Virus record (IMG/VR): IMGVR_UViG_3300016476_001549
Span: 1-28,040 of that record
Length of the DNA stretch: 28,040 nucleotides
Direction: 5' to 3' (one strand)
Source: a virus
Taxonomy: Duplodnaviria; Caudoviricetes
A program made the position numbers and the translations under genes. How positions within the stretch are numbered: the stretch's first letter is position 1; each line of letters opens with the position of its first letter. Below, piece by piece: positions 15,034-24,427 of this stretch. The notes under the pieces were generated by a model. The model searched no databases. It saw only the letters and a program-made list of their open reading frames with translations, and was not told the origin of the DNA.

Positions 15034-15087
15034 AATTTAATTTTTACACCACACCAAAAAGTGACTAAAATTATAACAGTCTCTGTG

Positions 15088-15162
15088 TGGAAGTGATGGG
15101 AATTGAACCCACGACCTTCTACTTGCAAAGCAGGCGCACTGGCCAACACGTGCTACACCCCC
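15088..15162 (-). tRNA. trnA: tRNA-Ala(UGC), divergent
   Basis: Acceptor GGGGGTG/CACTTCC-A with G3:U70; loop TT TGC AA. Confidence 0.88.
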
Positions 15163-15174
15163 ATTTCATTATTT

Positions 15175-16050
15175 TTAAAGTTTTTTTAAATTATTTATTA
15201 TATCTATTATATATTTAACATCACCATACCTTATATCTACCTTTTTTTTAATATACTCCATCTTGCTTTTATCTAATTTCATACAATATGGGTTTTTTGG
15301 GTCTAAAAACAAATTGTAATCATTTAAATAAAAATCTGGATAATATTGTCTTTCTTTATTTTTTTTATCAATCCAAGTTAAACTTTCAGGTCTTATCCAT
15401 CTTATTGATTTAGAGTCTAATAATTCAGCAACTTTCAGTTCCCATGTTGACTCAAGAACAACTATGCTATTAATATATTTATTAAAATAATATATAGTCT
15501 TCCTTGATCCGTTGTTATAACTTCTATTTAAAGAACTTTTTGTTGCACATTCTTTAGAGCACGTTTTTCTGCTCCAACTAGGAAATTTATCAGTAAAAAA
15601 TTCTTTGTTACAATATTTACAATTATATTTGTAGTGTTTATTTATGTAATCATAATTACTCGACTTTATTAAACCAAAATTAGCATTATAACACTTTCCC
15701 GTCTTACTTCTGCTTGCAACCAATTCTCCATTTTTATACTTATTACTTAACGTTAAACCTATTTTCGTCTTTGTTTCATCTGACATTACCCTATTTTTAT
15801 TATTAAATTTTGCTGCACAAGATGAATTACAAAACTTTTTATTTAAGTTTATTGTATTTTTACAATTTTTACACTCATTATATTTTTTTATATTACCACC
15901 AAACTCTTTACTAAAGTCAATATCATATTTGTCACATAATGTTATTACTTTTTTAAAACCATTTCCATTCTTATGATAGCCTAATATGTTTAATATTTCT
16001 GTTTTTGTTTTTGCGTTTTTTATAATATTTAATAACTCTTCTCTACCCAT
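15175..16050 (-). CDS. Free-standing homing-type endonuclease with zinc fingers and a PD-(D/E)XK (TnsA-N-like) domain
   Basis: CKNC..FCNSSC and CKYC..TCSKEC; C-terminal ESTWE...YYPDFYL...LDPK; inserted between tRNAs. Confidence 0.8.
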   Translation of the reverse strand: MGREELLNIIKNAKTKTEILNILGYHKNGNGFKKVITLCDKYDIDFSKEFGGNIKKYNECKNCKNTINLNKKFCNSSCAAKFNNKNRVMSDETKTKIGLTLSNKYKNGELVASRSKTGKCYNANFGLIKSSNYDYINKHYKYNCKYCNKEFFTDKFPSWSRKTCSKECATKSSLNRSYNNGSRKTIYYFNKYINSIVVLESTWELKVAELLDSKSIRWIRPESLTWIDKKNKERQYYPDFYLNDYNLFLDPKNPYCMKLDKSKMEYIKKKVDIRYGDVKYIIDIINNLKKL

Positions 16051-16126
16051 ATTCTTTTAATATAAATAGAGAATAATTATTAAAAATCTAATTTAAGCAT
16101 TTCGAACTTAAATTACCTGTATTTAG

Positions 16127-16201
16127 TAGCACAGAAGAGACTCGAACTCTTATGATACCCACGTCCCAAACGTGGTGGCTTACCAATTAGCCCACTGCAC
16201 T
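16127..16201 (-). tRNA. trnP: tRNA-Pro(UGG)
   Basis: CCACG-TT TGG GA-CGTGG; T-arm AAGAG TTCGAGT CTCTT. Confidence 0.9.
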
Positions 16202-16205
16202 ATTT

Positions 16206-16280
16206 TGGCGGTGCATACGAGAATCGAACTCGTGTCTCCTGATAGACAGTCAAGAAGGATAACCACTACCCTAATGCACC
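16206..16280 (-). tRNA. trnD: tRNA-Asp(GUC), CCA encoded
   Basis: Acceptor GGTGCAT/ATGCACC-G-CCA; loop CT GTC TA. Confidence 0.93.
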
Positions 16281-16285
16281 AAATC

Positions 16286-16599
16286 TGACATACTCCACCT
16301 TCTCACGAGGTAGGAATCGAACCTACATCCCAGGACTCCAAAACGCAAATGCTATTCCTGTGCTTTCCCATTAAGCTACTCCCAATGTGTTTCATATGCC
16401 TTACTCAATCAATTACTCCCCCTTTCTACTTCTACATCCATACTAATTTCCTCCCCCTACTGAACCTGTCTAGACCCTTCCTCTAGTTCTCGGTTTTTAA
16501 AGCTTTTGCGTTCGTTATTCAGTAGTACTCAGAAACTTTCAAAATGCAGTTTCGTTAGAGCGCTTTCGTCAATCTTTCAACTTCATCACCAATATGTCA
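16286..16599 (-). ncRNA. ~315-nt structured RNA with an embedded tRNA-like domain, unknown family
   Basis: Closing helix 16591-16599/16286-16294; internal helix 16518-16525/16457-16464; D-arm, 20-nt-loop arm and T-arm at 16303-16385. Confidence 0.65.
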
Positions 16600-16615
16600 A
16601 ACAACGTTGTAAAAC

Positions 16616-16646
16616 AAAAAAGCTCGAATCTTTCGAAACGAGCTTT
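16616..16646 (-). terminator. Intrinsic terminator (attenuator 3) upstream of tRNA array 2
   Basis: Minus strand AAAGCTCGTTTC-GAAA-GATTCGAGCTTTTTT. Confidence 0.85.
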
Positions 16647-16676
16647 GTTATATCTTTTTTATTTAATTCTAATCTA

Positions 16677-16805
16677 CTATAAGACTTCATTAAAGTATAA
16701 CATACTCGCTTCTCCCAAGCTATAATAGGCAGGAGCATACGCATTCCCTAAGCCGTTCATCGGCATAGCGGGCATAATTGCTGTATATGTTAATACTTTT
16801 TTCAT
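16677..16805 (-). CDS. Putative leader peptide 3, 42 aa, Ala/Pro/Met/Gly/Tyr-rich
   Basis: MKKVLTYTAIMPAMPMNGLGNAYAPAYYSLGEASMLYFNEVL*. It contains the antiterminator GCGAGTATGTTATA. Confidence 0.8.
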   Translation of the reverse strand: MKKVLTYTAIMPAMPMNGLGNAYAPAYYSLGEASMLYFNEVL

Positions 16806-16817
16806 TTTCTTTTTATC

Positions 16818-16889
16818 TTAAATAGTTGTAAAATTTTGTTTTCTATATTTTATACGTACAAAAGTATAAAAAGTTACATAAAAAACAAA
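16818..16889 (-). promoter_or_regulatory. Composite promoter cassette for tRNA array 2 (repeat of 3030-3101)
   Basis: Same TTTG/TACTTTTG, TGTAAC-N16-CGTAT and TATTTAA elements. Confidence 0.75.
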
Positions 16890-16942
16890 ACTTTTTTTTA
16901 AAAAAATTAATAATATTTTATAAAATACTGAATAATAGACAT

Positions 16943-18400
16943 TTAAAAACCAAGCTCATCCCCATTTCTTTGTGGGTTATTTGTTTTAGGATTTATAATA
17001 GAATCCCAATCCAATTTTTCATCCCAATGATGTCTCTTAGCATGATTCGCTGTATCAAACCCAATTGGAGACGGTTTATTAGTTGTCATACTTTCATCAT
17101 CCGCCATTTCATAAACATCTTTCAAGTCTTTACTTAATTGCTCTTTAACTTTAATTAGTGTATCAATAGTAATTTTTTCAACCTTATTAGAAATAGCATA
17201 AGAAATAGTTGCTTCAGATAAGTTTTTAATCTGAGCTCCAGTCATTCCTGTTTCATTATCAACAGCAATAATTTTTTCATATACTTGCTTTAACATTTCT
17301 TCAATTGTTGGAGCTTTATCTTTTTCAACATCAAATAAAATTCCATTGAAATAATGCTTAGTACACATAATAGAATTAACCTGATCTAAAACCCCAAATT
17401 TAACAATCTTATCAATTCTTCCTGGTCTTTTTAAAATTCTTGGCTCAATTCTTTGAGGGAAATTTGTTGTTAAAATCATATAACAACCCTTTTCAGTTCT
17501 TGGTTGGTTTATACCATCTAGATAATTTAAAACATCTGAATTACCCCAAGGAATTGTTGATTCAGCATCTTCCAATATAATAAGAGTTGGCATATTTGCC
17601 TTTGATATATTGTATGTATGCATCATTACAGCTTTTAAGTCTGTTGCGATTACAACACACATATTTTCTGCATATTTTGTTGCAATTTCGTTTGCAGCAC
17701 TTGTTTTTCCTCCACCAGGCTCTCCGACCAAAAGAAGTCTTCTAGACCCAGGTTGGTTAAATCGTGTATATAAATCAATATTCTCAAAAAATTGACTTAC
17801 ATCTTGTTCGACTATTTTTTTGTTTTGATGATAAACTTGTTTACCATTAAGTTTTAACTTAACTGGTGAATAGTTTAGTTTATTTTCTCCAGTTGGAGTT
17901 GATTTTATTGAAACTCTGAATAATCCTACTTTTGGTTTTGAGTTTATTTTCGCTTCTTTATTAAGATATGAATAATACTTGTTAATTGTTTGTTTTGTAG
18001 CAACCGCATAAGTTTCAACATTTTGATTTCTACCCATTCCGACAACACGTTGAGCGAACAACATAACAGAATCATCCGTAAATCTTAAAGCAAACATACC
18101 TGCTTCACTACGAATTTGTATTCCTTTTTCTTTAGCACTAAAACCAAATTGTAAAATCATATTCGGAAGAATATCATTTTTTACAGATTCAATTTTATAC
18201 GGTTTAAAGTTTTTTGTATTTGGGTCAACTTTTGTTCTAAAGCTTTTTGCACATGCTTTTCTAAGCTGGTACATATCTATCTGTATATCCATCGCTGCTG
18301 TTGGATATAAATCTAGATTTGAATATTCGTTAAATTTAGAACGTAAAACACTAATAATAATGTCTCTTTGATTTCTTGCTTTTGATTTTTCTTCTACCAT
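16943..18400 (-). CDS. AAA+ ATPase (classical clade, BCS1/FtsH-like ATPase domain)
   Basis: Walker A GEPGGGKT, Walker B LIILED, SRH TTN...RPGRID. Confidence 0.9.
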   Translation of the reverse strand: MVEEKSKARNQRDIIISVLRSKFNEYSNLDLYPTAAMDIQIDMYQLRKACAKSFRTKVDPNTKNFKPYKIESVKNDILPNMILQFGFSAKEKGIQIRSEAGMFALRFTDDSVMLFAQRVVGMGRNQNVETYAVATKQTINKYYSYLNKEAKINSKPKVGLFRVSIKSTPTGENKLNYSPVKLKLNGKQVYHQNKKIVEQDVSQFFENIDLYTRFNQPGSRRLLLVGEPGGGKTSAANEIATKYAENMCVVIATDLKAVMMHTYNISKANMPTLIILEDAESTIPWGNSDVLNYLDGINQPRTEKGCYMILTTNFPQRIEPRILKRPGRIDKIVKFGVLDQVNSIMCTKHYFNGILFDVEKDKAPTIEEMLKQVYEKIIAVDNETGMTGAQIKNLSEATISYAISNKVEKITIDTLIKVKEQLSKDLKDVYEMADDESMTTNKPSPIGFDTANHAKRHHWDEKLDWDSIINPKTNNPQRNGDELGF

Positions 18401-18404
18401 AACT

Positions 18405-18869
18405 TTATTTATTTATCCTTAACTTTAATTTTAACATAGTACGATATTCAATATTCCATAATTCAATATCTTCAATATTTTCTATTTCATACGCACAACA
18501 ATCCGAATCCCACAAAGACATACGTATACCTAATTTTATTGATTTTAAATCTGATTCATTAAAATAAATTTTAGGGAGACAACATTCTAAAATATGAGGC
18601 AAGTATTTTTGCTCAAGACTATTGTCAAAGTCTCTAAACTCAATCCATTTTTTTTGAGTTTCTATTGGGTCTGAACTTTTATCATAATAAGAACTACGCC
18701 AAACATCTTCAAGATTTTTTAACCTTTCAGCCTCCCCCATAGTTACTTGTATAACAGTGTTTGTTTTAATATAATCACAACTAAGAGTTGGCAAAAAATT
18801 ATATATAATATATTTTCCCATATATTCACCTAGGGAATAGGCTATATTTTCATCCTCTGCATTTGTCAT
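18405..18869 (-). CDS. Hypothetical protein
   Basis: 154-aa ORF in an operon-like run. Confidence 0.75.
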   Translation of the reverse strand: MTNAEDENIAYSLGEYMGKYIIYNFLPTLSCDYIKTNTVIQVTMGEAERLKNLEDVWRSSYYDKSSDPIETQKKWIEFRDFDNSLEQKYLPHILECCLPKIYFNESDLKSIKLGIRMSLWDSDCCAYEIENIEDIELWNIEYRTMLKLKLRINK

Positions 18870-18884
18870 ATATACCCAATTAAT

Positions 18885-19703
18885 TTATGAATTTAATAAA
18901 ACATTTTTAATTTCCTCTACAAGTTTTAGATGTTCAGAACTAAATTCTTCCCAAGCCAATCCCATTTCTTTAAGGTCATAATGCTTAACTATTGTGCTAT
19001 AATCTTTACATCCATCTTTGTGACCAACAACATAAATACTATCAGCCAACTCAACAGCTAAATTAATATCGTGTGTTGAAAATATGATTGTGTTCAATTC
19101 GTGACTTTGTTGAATTAAACTGAATGAATTTTTTACATTTTCAATATTTCCGACATCTAAACCACTAAACGGTTCGTCAAAAACCATAAAATGACCTGAA
19201 GATAGGATTTGCTCAATGATTGCAGTTCTCTGCCTCTGTCCCCCAGAAAGTTCACAAGGATATTTATCTCTATGCTCAAACAAACCCCATTCAGTTAAGT
19301 ATTTATCAACCAATTTTACCTTTTCATCTTTAGGTAAGTTTTTTTTACGAAGAGCGAAATTGCAAATTTGTTGAATTGTCTTATGACGGAACAAAGTATA
19401 TTTTTGATCTACAAAACCAACATCACCTTCAGACACAACTTTAGCATCATCCTTAATATCACTATTCACATCAGTAATTAATACCTGACCTGTTGTTGGC
19501 TTTACAAGACCAGTTAGAACTTTAAAAAGAGTTGACTTTCCTCTTCCAGATCTTCCAACTACAGCAATTGTTTGACCAACAACTTTTCCAGCTGATATCA
19601 CATCATTCTCACGAAGGTTAATATCTTTAATAATTGTTTTTCCATCATATGCAACACTTACATTATCGAAACATAAGATTGTATCTTTAATTTCATATTT
19701 CAT
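18885..19703 (-). CDS. ABC transporter ATP-binding protein (NitT/TauT-like)
   Basis: GRSGRGKS, LSGGQ, VFDEP and STHD. Confidence 0.93.
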   Translation of the reverse strand: MKYEIKDTILCFDNVSVAYDGKTIIKDINLRENDVISAGKVVGQTIAVVGRSGRGKSTLFKVLTGLVKPTTGQVLITDVNSDIKDDAKVVSEGDVGFVDQKYTLFRHKTIQQICNFALRKKNLPKDEKVKLVDKYLTEWGLFEHRDKYPCELSGGQRQRTAIIEQILSSGHFMVFDEPFSGLDVGNIENVKNSFSLIQQSHELNTIIFSTHDINLAVELADSIYVVGHKDGCKDYSTIVKHYDLKEMGLAWEEFSSEHLKLVEEIKNVLLNS

Positions 19704-19852
19704 TTTCTCTGTAGATTTTTAATTTCAATTATAACACCAACCATTGTAAACAAACCTATAAATAAAGGATAACCCCAATATGGCTCATCTAAGTTTGCGA
19801 TACAAATACCTATTATCAAACCTTTTAATAATCCTAGTATGTAATTAACCAT
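19700..19852 (-). CDS. Small two-TM membrane protein, 50 aa
   Basis: Manual translation MVNYILGLLKGLIIGICIANLDEPYWGYPLFIGLFTMVGVIIEIKNLQRK*; ATGA overlap with the ATPase gene. Confidence 0.65.
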   Translation of the reverse strand: MVNYILGLLKGLIIGICIANLDEPYWGYPLFIGLFTMVGVIIEIKNLQRK

Positions 19853-19854
19853 AA

Positions 19855-20622
19855 TTAAATTTTTGAGTATCTGAATAATCTTTTTCTAAGGAATGTTAAT
19901 GCAAAGTCCATAAACAATCCAACAAACAAAATTACTAATTGTAAAGCAATAATTCTCCCATGATTCATCATCTTATCCGAGTTCTTAATCAAAAACCCTA
20001 AACCTCCCGCTGCAGCTAATATACTCTCAACAGTGACGAGCATCATCCACACAATAGCAAGATTTTGTCTAATTACTTCAATTACATAATCTATTCTCCC
20101 CTTGATAACAACTTCCCATAATATCTCCCAACGATTGCATCCAAGTGCTCTAGCATGATCAAACTCTTCTTGCGGAATATCCTTAAGCATTGCAAGCAGC
20201 GAAGTAGTTAGATAAGTTGTCATAAACGTTACAAGTACCCATACCTGAATTGCTCTACCATCACTCAATAAAATTGCAATATAGAAAGATATACCTGTAA
20301 GCGGTAAATATCTAAACTTGCTCAACATATTTGATATTGGTGATATAATTGGCAATGTTGATAAATAAGCAAATGTCAATGAAATAATAATTGCGATTAA
20401 TACAGCTTGAGCACACAAAGCAAGGGAGCTAAATATATGCACAATTAATCCCTCTTTATACAACTCAGACAATCCCCCAAACACCTGACTAGGAGTTGGA
20501 AACATATGTGTTTCACTAAATGAAAACACAATCCATAATGTAGCTATAAAAAATAGCCAACCACACAATATTAATGTTCTAAATTTACCACTAATATTTT
20601 CAAAAGGTTTAAAAATATTCAT
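19855..20622 (-). CDS. ABC transporter permease (NitT/TauT-like)
   Basis: Multiple TM segments; FPTP; EAA-like loop DHARALG; GGLG. Confidence 0.92.
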   Translation of the reverse strand: MNIFKPFENISGKFRTLILCGWLFFIATLWIVFSFSETHMFPTPSQVFGGLSELYKEGLIVHIFSSLALCAQAVLIAIIISLTFAYLSTLPIISPISNMLSKFRYLPLTGISFYIAILLSDGRAIQVWVLVTFMTTYLTTSLLAMLKDIPQEEFDHARALGCNRWEILWEVVIKGRIDYVIEVIRQNLAIVWMMLVTVESILAAAGGLGFLIKNSDKMMNHGRIIALQLVILFVGLFMDFALTFLRKRLFRYSKI

Positions 20623-20634
20623 ACTTGTTTTTAT

Positions 20635-21093
20635 TTAAAAATTATAGGTAATTGATGGACTGATGTAACTAACACCATCCCAGTTGCTTACCGATATACC
20701 ATAACCAATTTTCTTAGGTGTATATGATATTCCAAATCCATATTCTATAAAATTATGCTTTGTGTCAAAATAGGATCCAACTCCAAAAATTACACTTCCA
20801 TAAACCTTACCCATAGGGAAAGATGGAACAACTTTCAATTCATAAAAATAGTTTCTAATATTGTCAGTATTGTTAAAAACACCTTCTAAACTTCCACGAC
20901 CTAGAGCTAAACCAAACCCAACATCATTTATGACTGCACCAAACTCCAATGAACTATAAGATCCAGTGTTGAACTCTGTGTTATTAGAAAGAGATACTCC
21001 CCAAGATACATATTTATTTAATGCGTTATCACTACACTGACTCCAAGATGTTGTTGATATTAAAATAACTAATAATACTAATGTTTTTTTCAT
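20635..21093 (-). CDS. Small outer-membrane beta-barrel protein
   Basis: Signal peptide, alternating aromatic/Gly strands, C-terminal ITYNF. Confidence 0.7.
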   Translation of the reverse strand: MKKTLVLLVILISTTSWSQCSDNALNKYVSWGVSLSNNTEFNTGSYSSLEFGAVINDVGFGLALGRGSLEGVFNNTDNIRNYFYELKVVPSFPMGKVYGSVIFGVGSYFDTKHNFIEYGFGISYTPKKIGYGISVSNWDGVSYISPSITYNF

Positions 21094-21106
21094 GTTAATT
21101 TTATTT

Positions 21107-22507
21107 TTAATTTGTTAAACCTAAGGCTGCATTTTGTATTTCAATACATTCAGATAAAGAATTTGCAACACTTTTATCATCTCTAAAATTTTTAAAAGAT
21201 GGATATAACAACGAATAAGACCCAGTATTGTCAAATGAAAGACCTGAACATTTTACTTCTATAATTGTACCTAGTAATTTATCTTGATTTTCTGTAATCT
21301 CTTTCATTATATCCTCTTTTATACCTTGAGGCCTTGTCTTTAATAAACCACAAGAAGTTTCAGCATTTAAAGAACTAACTACGTTTTCATTTTTTGTACC
21401 CTTTGTTCCATAATTGAATCCCGTAATAACCAAATCCAATGTTAACTCCAATTTCAATTTAATCTGCCAAATAGGCTTTCCATCTTTCCAAAAACCATTT
21501 TGAGCTTTAAGTATAGTACCTTCTTCGTTTCTGCCGAGCATTTGTTTAAAATGTTCCATAGCTTCTTCGAAAGAATTTACCTCCTTACTTTCAATAATAG
21601 AAACCATATTTGTTGTATTTTGATTTCCAAATAATACATTTTCCAAGTTTTTAAGACGTATATTATAAGGAGTATGAGATAATGCTAAATTATATTCATC
21701 TATAGTAATCATATCCCAAACGGTGTAGCGAATTTTCATCAAAGCCTCCTCAAAGTCTCCATGCTTACCCTCAAAAGCAGATAGTTTTTTAGCATTTTCT
21801 TGCTCATTTCTATAATTACGCTTTCCACAAATATCAATAATCGATGCTATTATTCCGTTTGATTCGTATCTAGGGACACCATCCATCGTTAATTCCCCAT
21901 TTAATACAACATCATTCAATAGCGCTAATTCTTCTAAAAATTTTGCACCTGTAACAATTGTTGGTTCACCTTGACGGCTTTCTAAATAAACTTCTCCGTT
22001 ATGAATTGTAGCGTTACAATATCTACCATCCATCTTAACTTGTGAATATGCTTTACCCCCTTTTTCAAACAATTTTCTTGCTTTCTTTTCATCGAATGAT
22101 ACAGCACCCATATATGGAGTTTCTTCAATCAAATCTTTGAAGACCTTATTGATACTTGAATCCATTCCGATTTTTAAATCTTTCTCAATAATACGCTTAA
22201 TCACATAAGCATCATCTACAGATAAACAAGACAAAGTGCTCCTTAAACAATCAATAGCTTCATGGCCAGTAACAATTCTACTAGATATAATTTCTATTTG
22301 ATTTAAGGCATCTTCTAAACTCAACATAGCACTAGAAGATACTTCATAGTTAGGAATTTGCTTAATATAAAACTTAACCCTTTTAGAGTTTGCCATATAT
22401 AAAACACGTTTTAACAAATCATTCTCATCATACTTATTGAGAATAATCATTTTTTGATTCTTTCCAGGCTCATTAGAAATTTCATCAAGAATTTGTTTTA
22501 TACTCAT
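21107..22507 (-). CDS. lig: ATP-dependent DNA ligase (T4 gp30-like)
   Basis: Motif I KMDG, LNGE, VWD, EGTILK, IKLK and a C-terminal OB fold ending FRDDK. Confidence 0.95.
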   Translation of the reverse strand: MSIKQILDEISNEPGKNQKMIILNKYDENDLLKRVLYMANSKRVKFYIKQIPNYEVSSSAMLSLEDALNQIEIISSRIVTGHEAIDCLRSTLSCLSVDDAYVIKRIIEKDLKIGMDSSINKVFKDLIEETPYMGAVSFDEKKARKLFEKGGKAYSQVKMDGRYCNATIHNGEVYLESRQGEPTIVTGAKFLEELALLNDVVLNGELTMDGVPRYESNGIIASIIDICGKRNYRNEQENAKKLSAFEGKHGDFEEALMKIRYTVWDMITIDEYNLALSHTPYNIRLKNLENVLFGNQNTTNMVSIIESKEVNSFEEAMEHFKQMLGRNEEGTILKAQNGFWKDGKPIWQIKLKLELTLDLVITGFNYGTKGTKNENVVSSLNAETSCGLLKTRPQGIKEDIMKEITENQDKLLGTIIEVKCSGLSFDNTGSYSLLYPSFKNFRDDKSVANSLSECIEIQNAALGLTN

Positions 22508-22526
22508 AATTACTATTTTGTTTATT

Positions 22527-22553
22527 ATACGAATAAGCTTTATAAATGTTACA
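22527..22553 (-). promoter_or_regulatory. ECF-sigma-like promoter for the ligase
   Basis: TGTAAC-N16-CGTAT. Confidence 0.7.
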
Positions 22554-22560
22554 TTTTTAC

Positions 22561-22595
22561 AAAAAAAAAGGAGAGTGTTTTATCTCTCTCCTTTT
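22561..22595 (-). terminator. Intrinsic terminator after the OmpA/SBP gene
   Basis: Minus strand AAAAGGAGAG...CTCTCCTTTTTTTTT. Confidence 0.8.
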
Positions 22596-22612
22596 AACAT
22601 TTTTTACTTATC

Positions 22613-24427
22613 TTACTGAAGAAGTGTAATTTCTACACGTCTATTTCTAGCTTTTCCAACAGCGGTTGTATTTGGTGCAATTGGCTGAGCATCACCTTTA
22701 CCATCAATTTCCTGTACACGAGATGAAGGGATACCACGACTTTCTAGATATTCAACAACTGAATTTGCCCTACTTCTAGATAAAGCCTTGTTGCTAGATG
22801 GATTTCCTACATTATCTGTATGGCCAACAATTTTTAATTTTGCATCTTCAGCTTGAATTAATAAGTTATATATTTTTTCAAGATCTTTATATGATACGGA
22901 TTCAATCGTAGAGCTTCCAGTTGAAAAATTTATCGACCAGTTCCCAGAAGCCATTACATGAGTTTTTGTTTCTGTATAATCAGCATGCTCTGCAGTACCA
23001 ACTTCAATATCTTCAATATTTTTCAAGTAGTATAAGTTAACCGCATCTTTGTAAGGAACAACTCCTTTTACTGACTCATTAAATCCAAATGGGTTTAACT
23101 CTGTAAGATATGAAGATACTTGATTGTAAACAGCTTTATATCTATCAACACCATCTGTAATTCCATAATACTGCATAACATCTGCATAATTAAGAACTTT
23201 TGAGCCTCCCACATTATGATTCATACCATGTTTTGAAAACTTTTCTCCTTTAAACATTTTGTACCAATATTTAGGAGTTTCTAAATTAAAAGTTTCAGAC
23301 ACAGCTTCAGATGCTCTTACTTTCCAAGATTCATATTGCTTAATTTGGTTTGATGCCGTTAATGCAGATTTTAAAATATTAGAAACGGTTTTAGGATGTT
23401 TTGAAGCCCACTCTTTAACACCAATAAAAGTTGTTGGCATTTGATTTTTAAATTCTCTAGTAGAAACTATATCTGTAACACCTGCAACAACATCAAAAAC
23501 CATTTTATCTCCAGGAGTCCAAGTTGCACACCCATCAATTTTTTTCTTAATTGTTTTTCCAGTTAATTTTCCTTCTTTAATTTCTTTCAATTCAACTGTA
23601 AATCCACTATTTTGAGATTTAATTAATTCTTTTGCAGAGTTAATATAATCATCATCCTCAGAAGGATAAAAGTTTACAGCTTCTGGGTCATATGTGGTTA
23701 CATCTGGGTTAACTTTTAAACCATTTGCAAAAGCATAATTCAAAGCAACAACCCAATCTCCATCTCCAAGAACTGCAGAAATAAGACTTCCTTTCATCGT
23801 TTGAGGATTTGTTTTCCATTCTTTAGGGCCAATCAACTTATCTTCTCCATTAGACATCCCAAAGCAACCTTGAACTTCTACGTGATATTTATCTTCTCCA
23901 AACTTTTCATCCAATGCAGCTTGCATAGTTGAAATATAAAACGGAGCACCATCACCCATAATCATTACAGCATATGCACTTTTATTAGATTTTGGATATT
24001 CTACACCTTTATCAAATTCTTCAATAAATTTAATTTGCATATTTCTCAATTCAGAAACCCAATCTTGTCTAATAATTTCAACATTAAGACCGTTTTTCTC
24101 CATAATTGAACCTTGGGTGGTCTTAGGTCCTCCATTTGCCACAATAATACCAGACTGACTATTCCAAGCATATCCAGCAACCCTAACTAATGGTTTTTCG
24201 GATGCAATACTAGACAATTCTGTTGATGGTAGTTCAATTAAGGCACTTTTAGTGCTATTGTCTATATTATCATCACTCAATTCCATACCTTCCAACTGCT
24301 TTGAGTCACCTACACGAAGTCCGGGTGCTAAATAATATACACCAGTCAAAACAATCGCTAATACAACAACTAGAATTACTGCTTCAAAACCAGTTGTTAA
24401 ATTTTTTGTTCTTAAAATTTTTCCCAT
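22613..24427 (-). CDS. Membrane-anchored substrate-binding protein fused to an OmpA-like peptidoglycan-binding domain
   Basis: N-terminal TM; SBP-like core (CATWTP); C-terminal GHTD..N..LS..RA..V and NRRVEI. Confidence 0.88.
   Translation of the reverse strand: MGKILRTKNLTTGFEAVILVVVLAIVLTGVYYLAPGLRVGDSKQLEGMELSDDNIDNSTKSALIELPSTELSSIASEKPLVRVAGYAWNSQSGIIVANGGPKTTQGSIMEKNGLNVEIIRQDWVSELRNMQIKFIEEFDKGVEYPKSNKSAYAVMIMGDGAPFYISTMQAALDEKFGEDKYHVEVQGCFGMSNGEDKLIGPKEWKTNPQTMKGSLISAVLGDGDWVVALNYAFANGLKVNPDVTTYDPEAVNFYPSEDDDYINSAKELIKSQNSGFTVELKEIKEGKLTGKTIKKKIDGCATWTPGDKMVFDVVAGVTDIVSTREFKNQMPTTFIGVKEWASKHPKTVSNILKSALTASNQIKQYESWKVRASEAVSETFNLETPKYWYKMFKGEKFSKHGMNHNVGGSKVLNYADVMQYYGITDGVDRYKAVYNQVSSYLTELNPFGFNESVKGVVPYKDAVNLYYLKNIEDIEVGTAEHADYTETKTHVMASGNWSINFSTGSSTIESVSYKDLEKIYNLLIQAEDAKLKIVGHTDNVGNPSSNKALSRSRANSVVEYLESRGIPSSRVQEIDGKGDAQPIAPNTTAVGKARNRRVEITLLQ

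Noticed and set aside
14811-15149. 112-aa minus-strand ORF
   Set aside because: It is a read-through of three tRNA genes.
16286-16599. tmRNA or T-box interpretation
   Set aside because: No Ala-type acceptor ending in CCA and no tag ORF was identified. AAGGTGGAG is only a partial T-box and has no following terminator.
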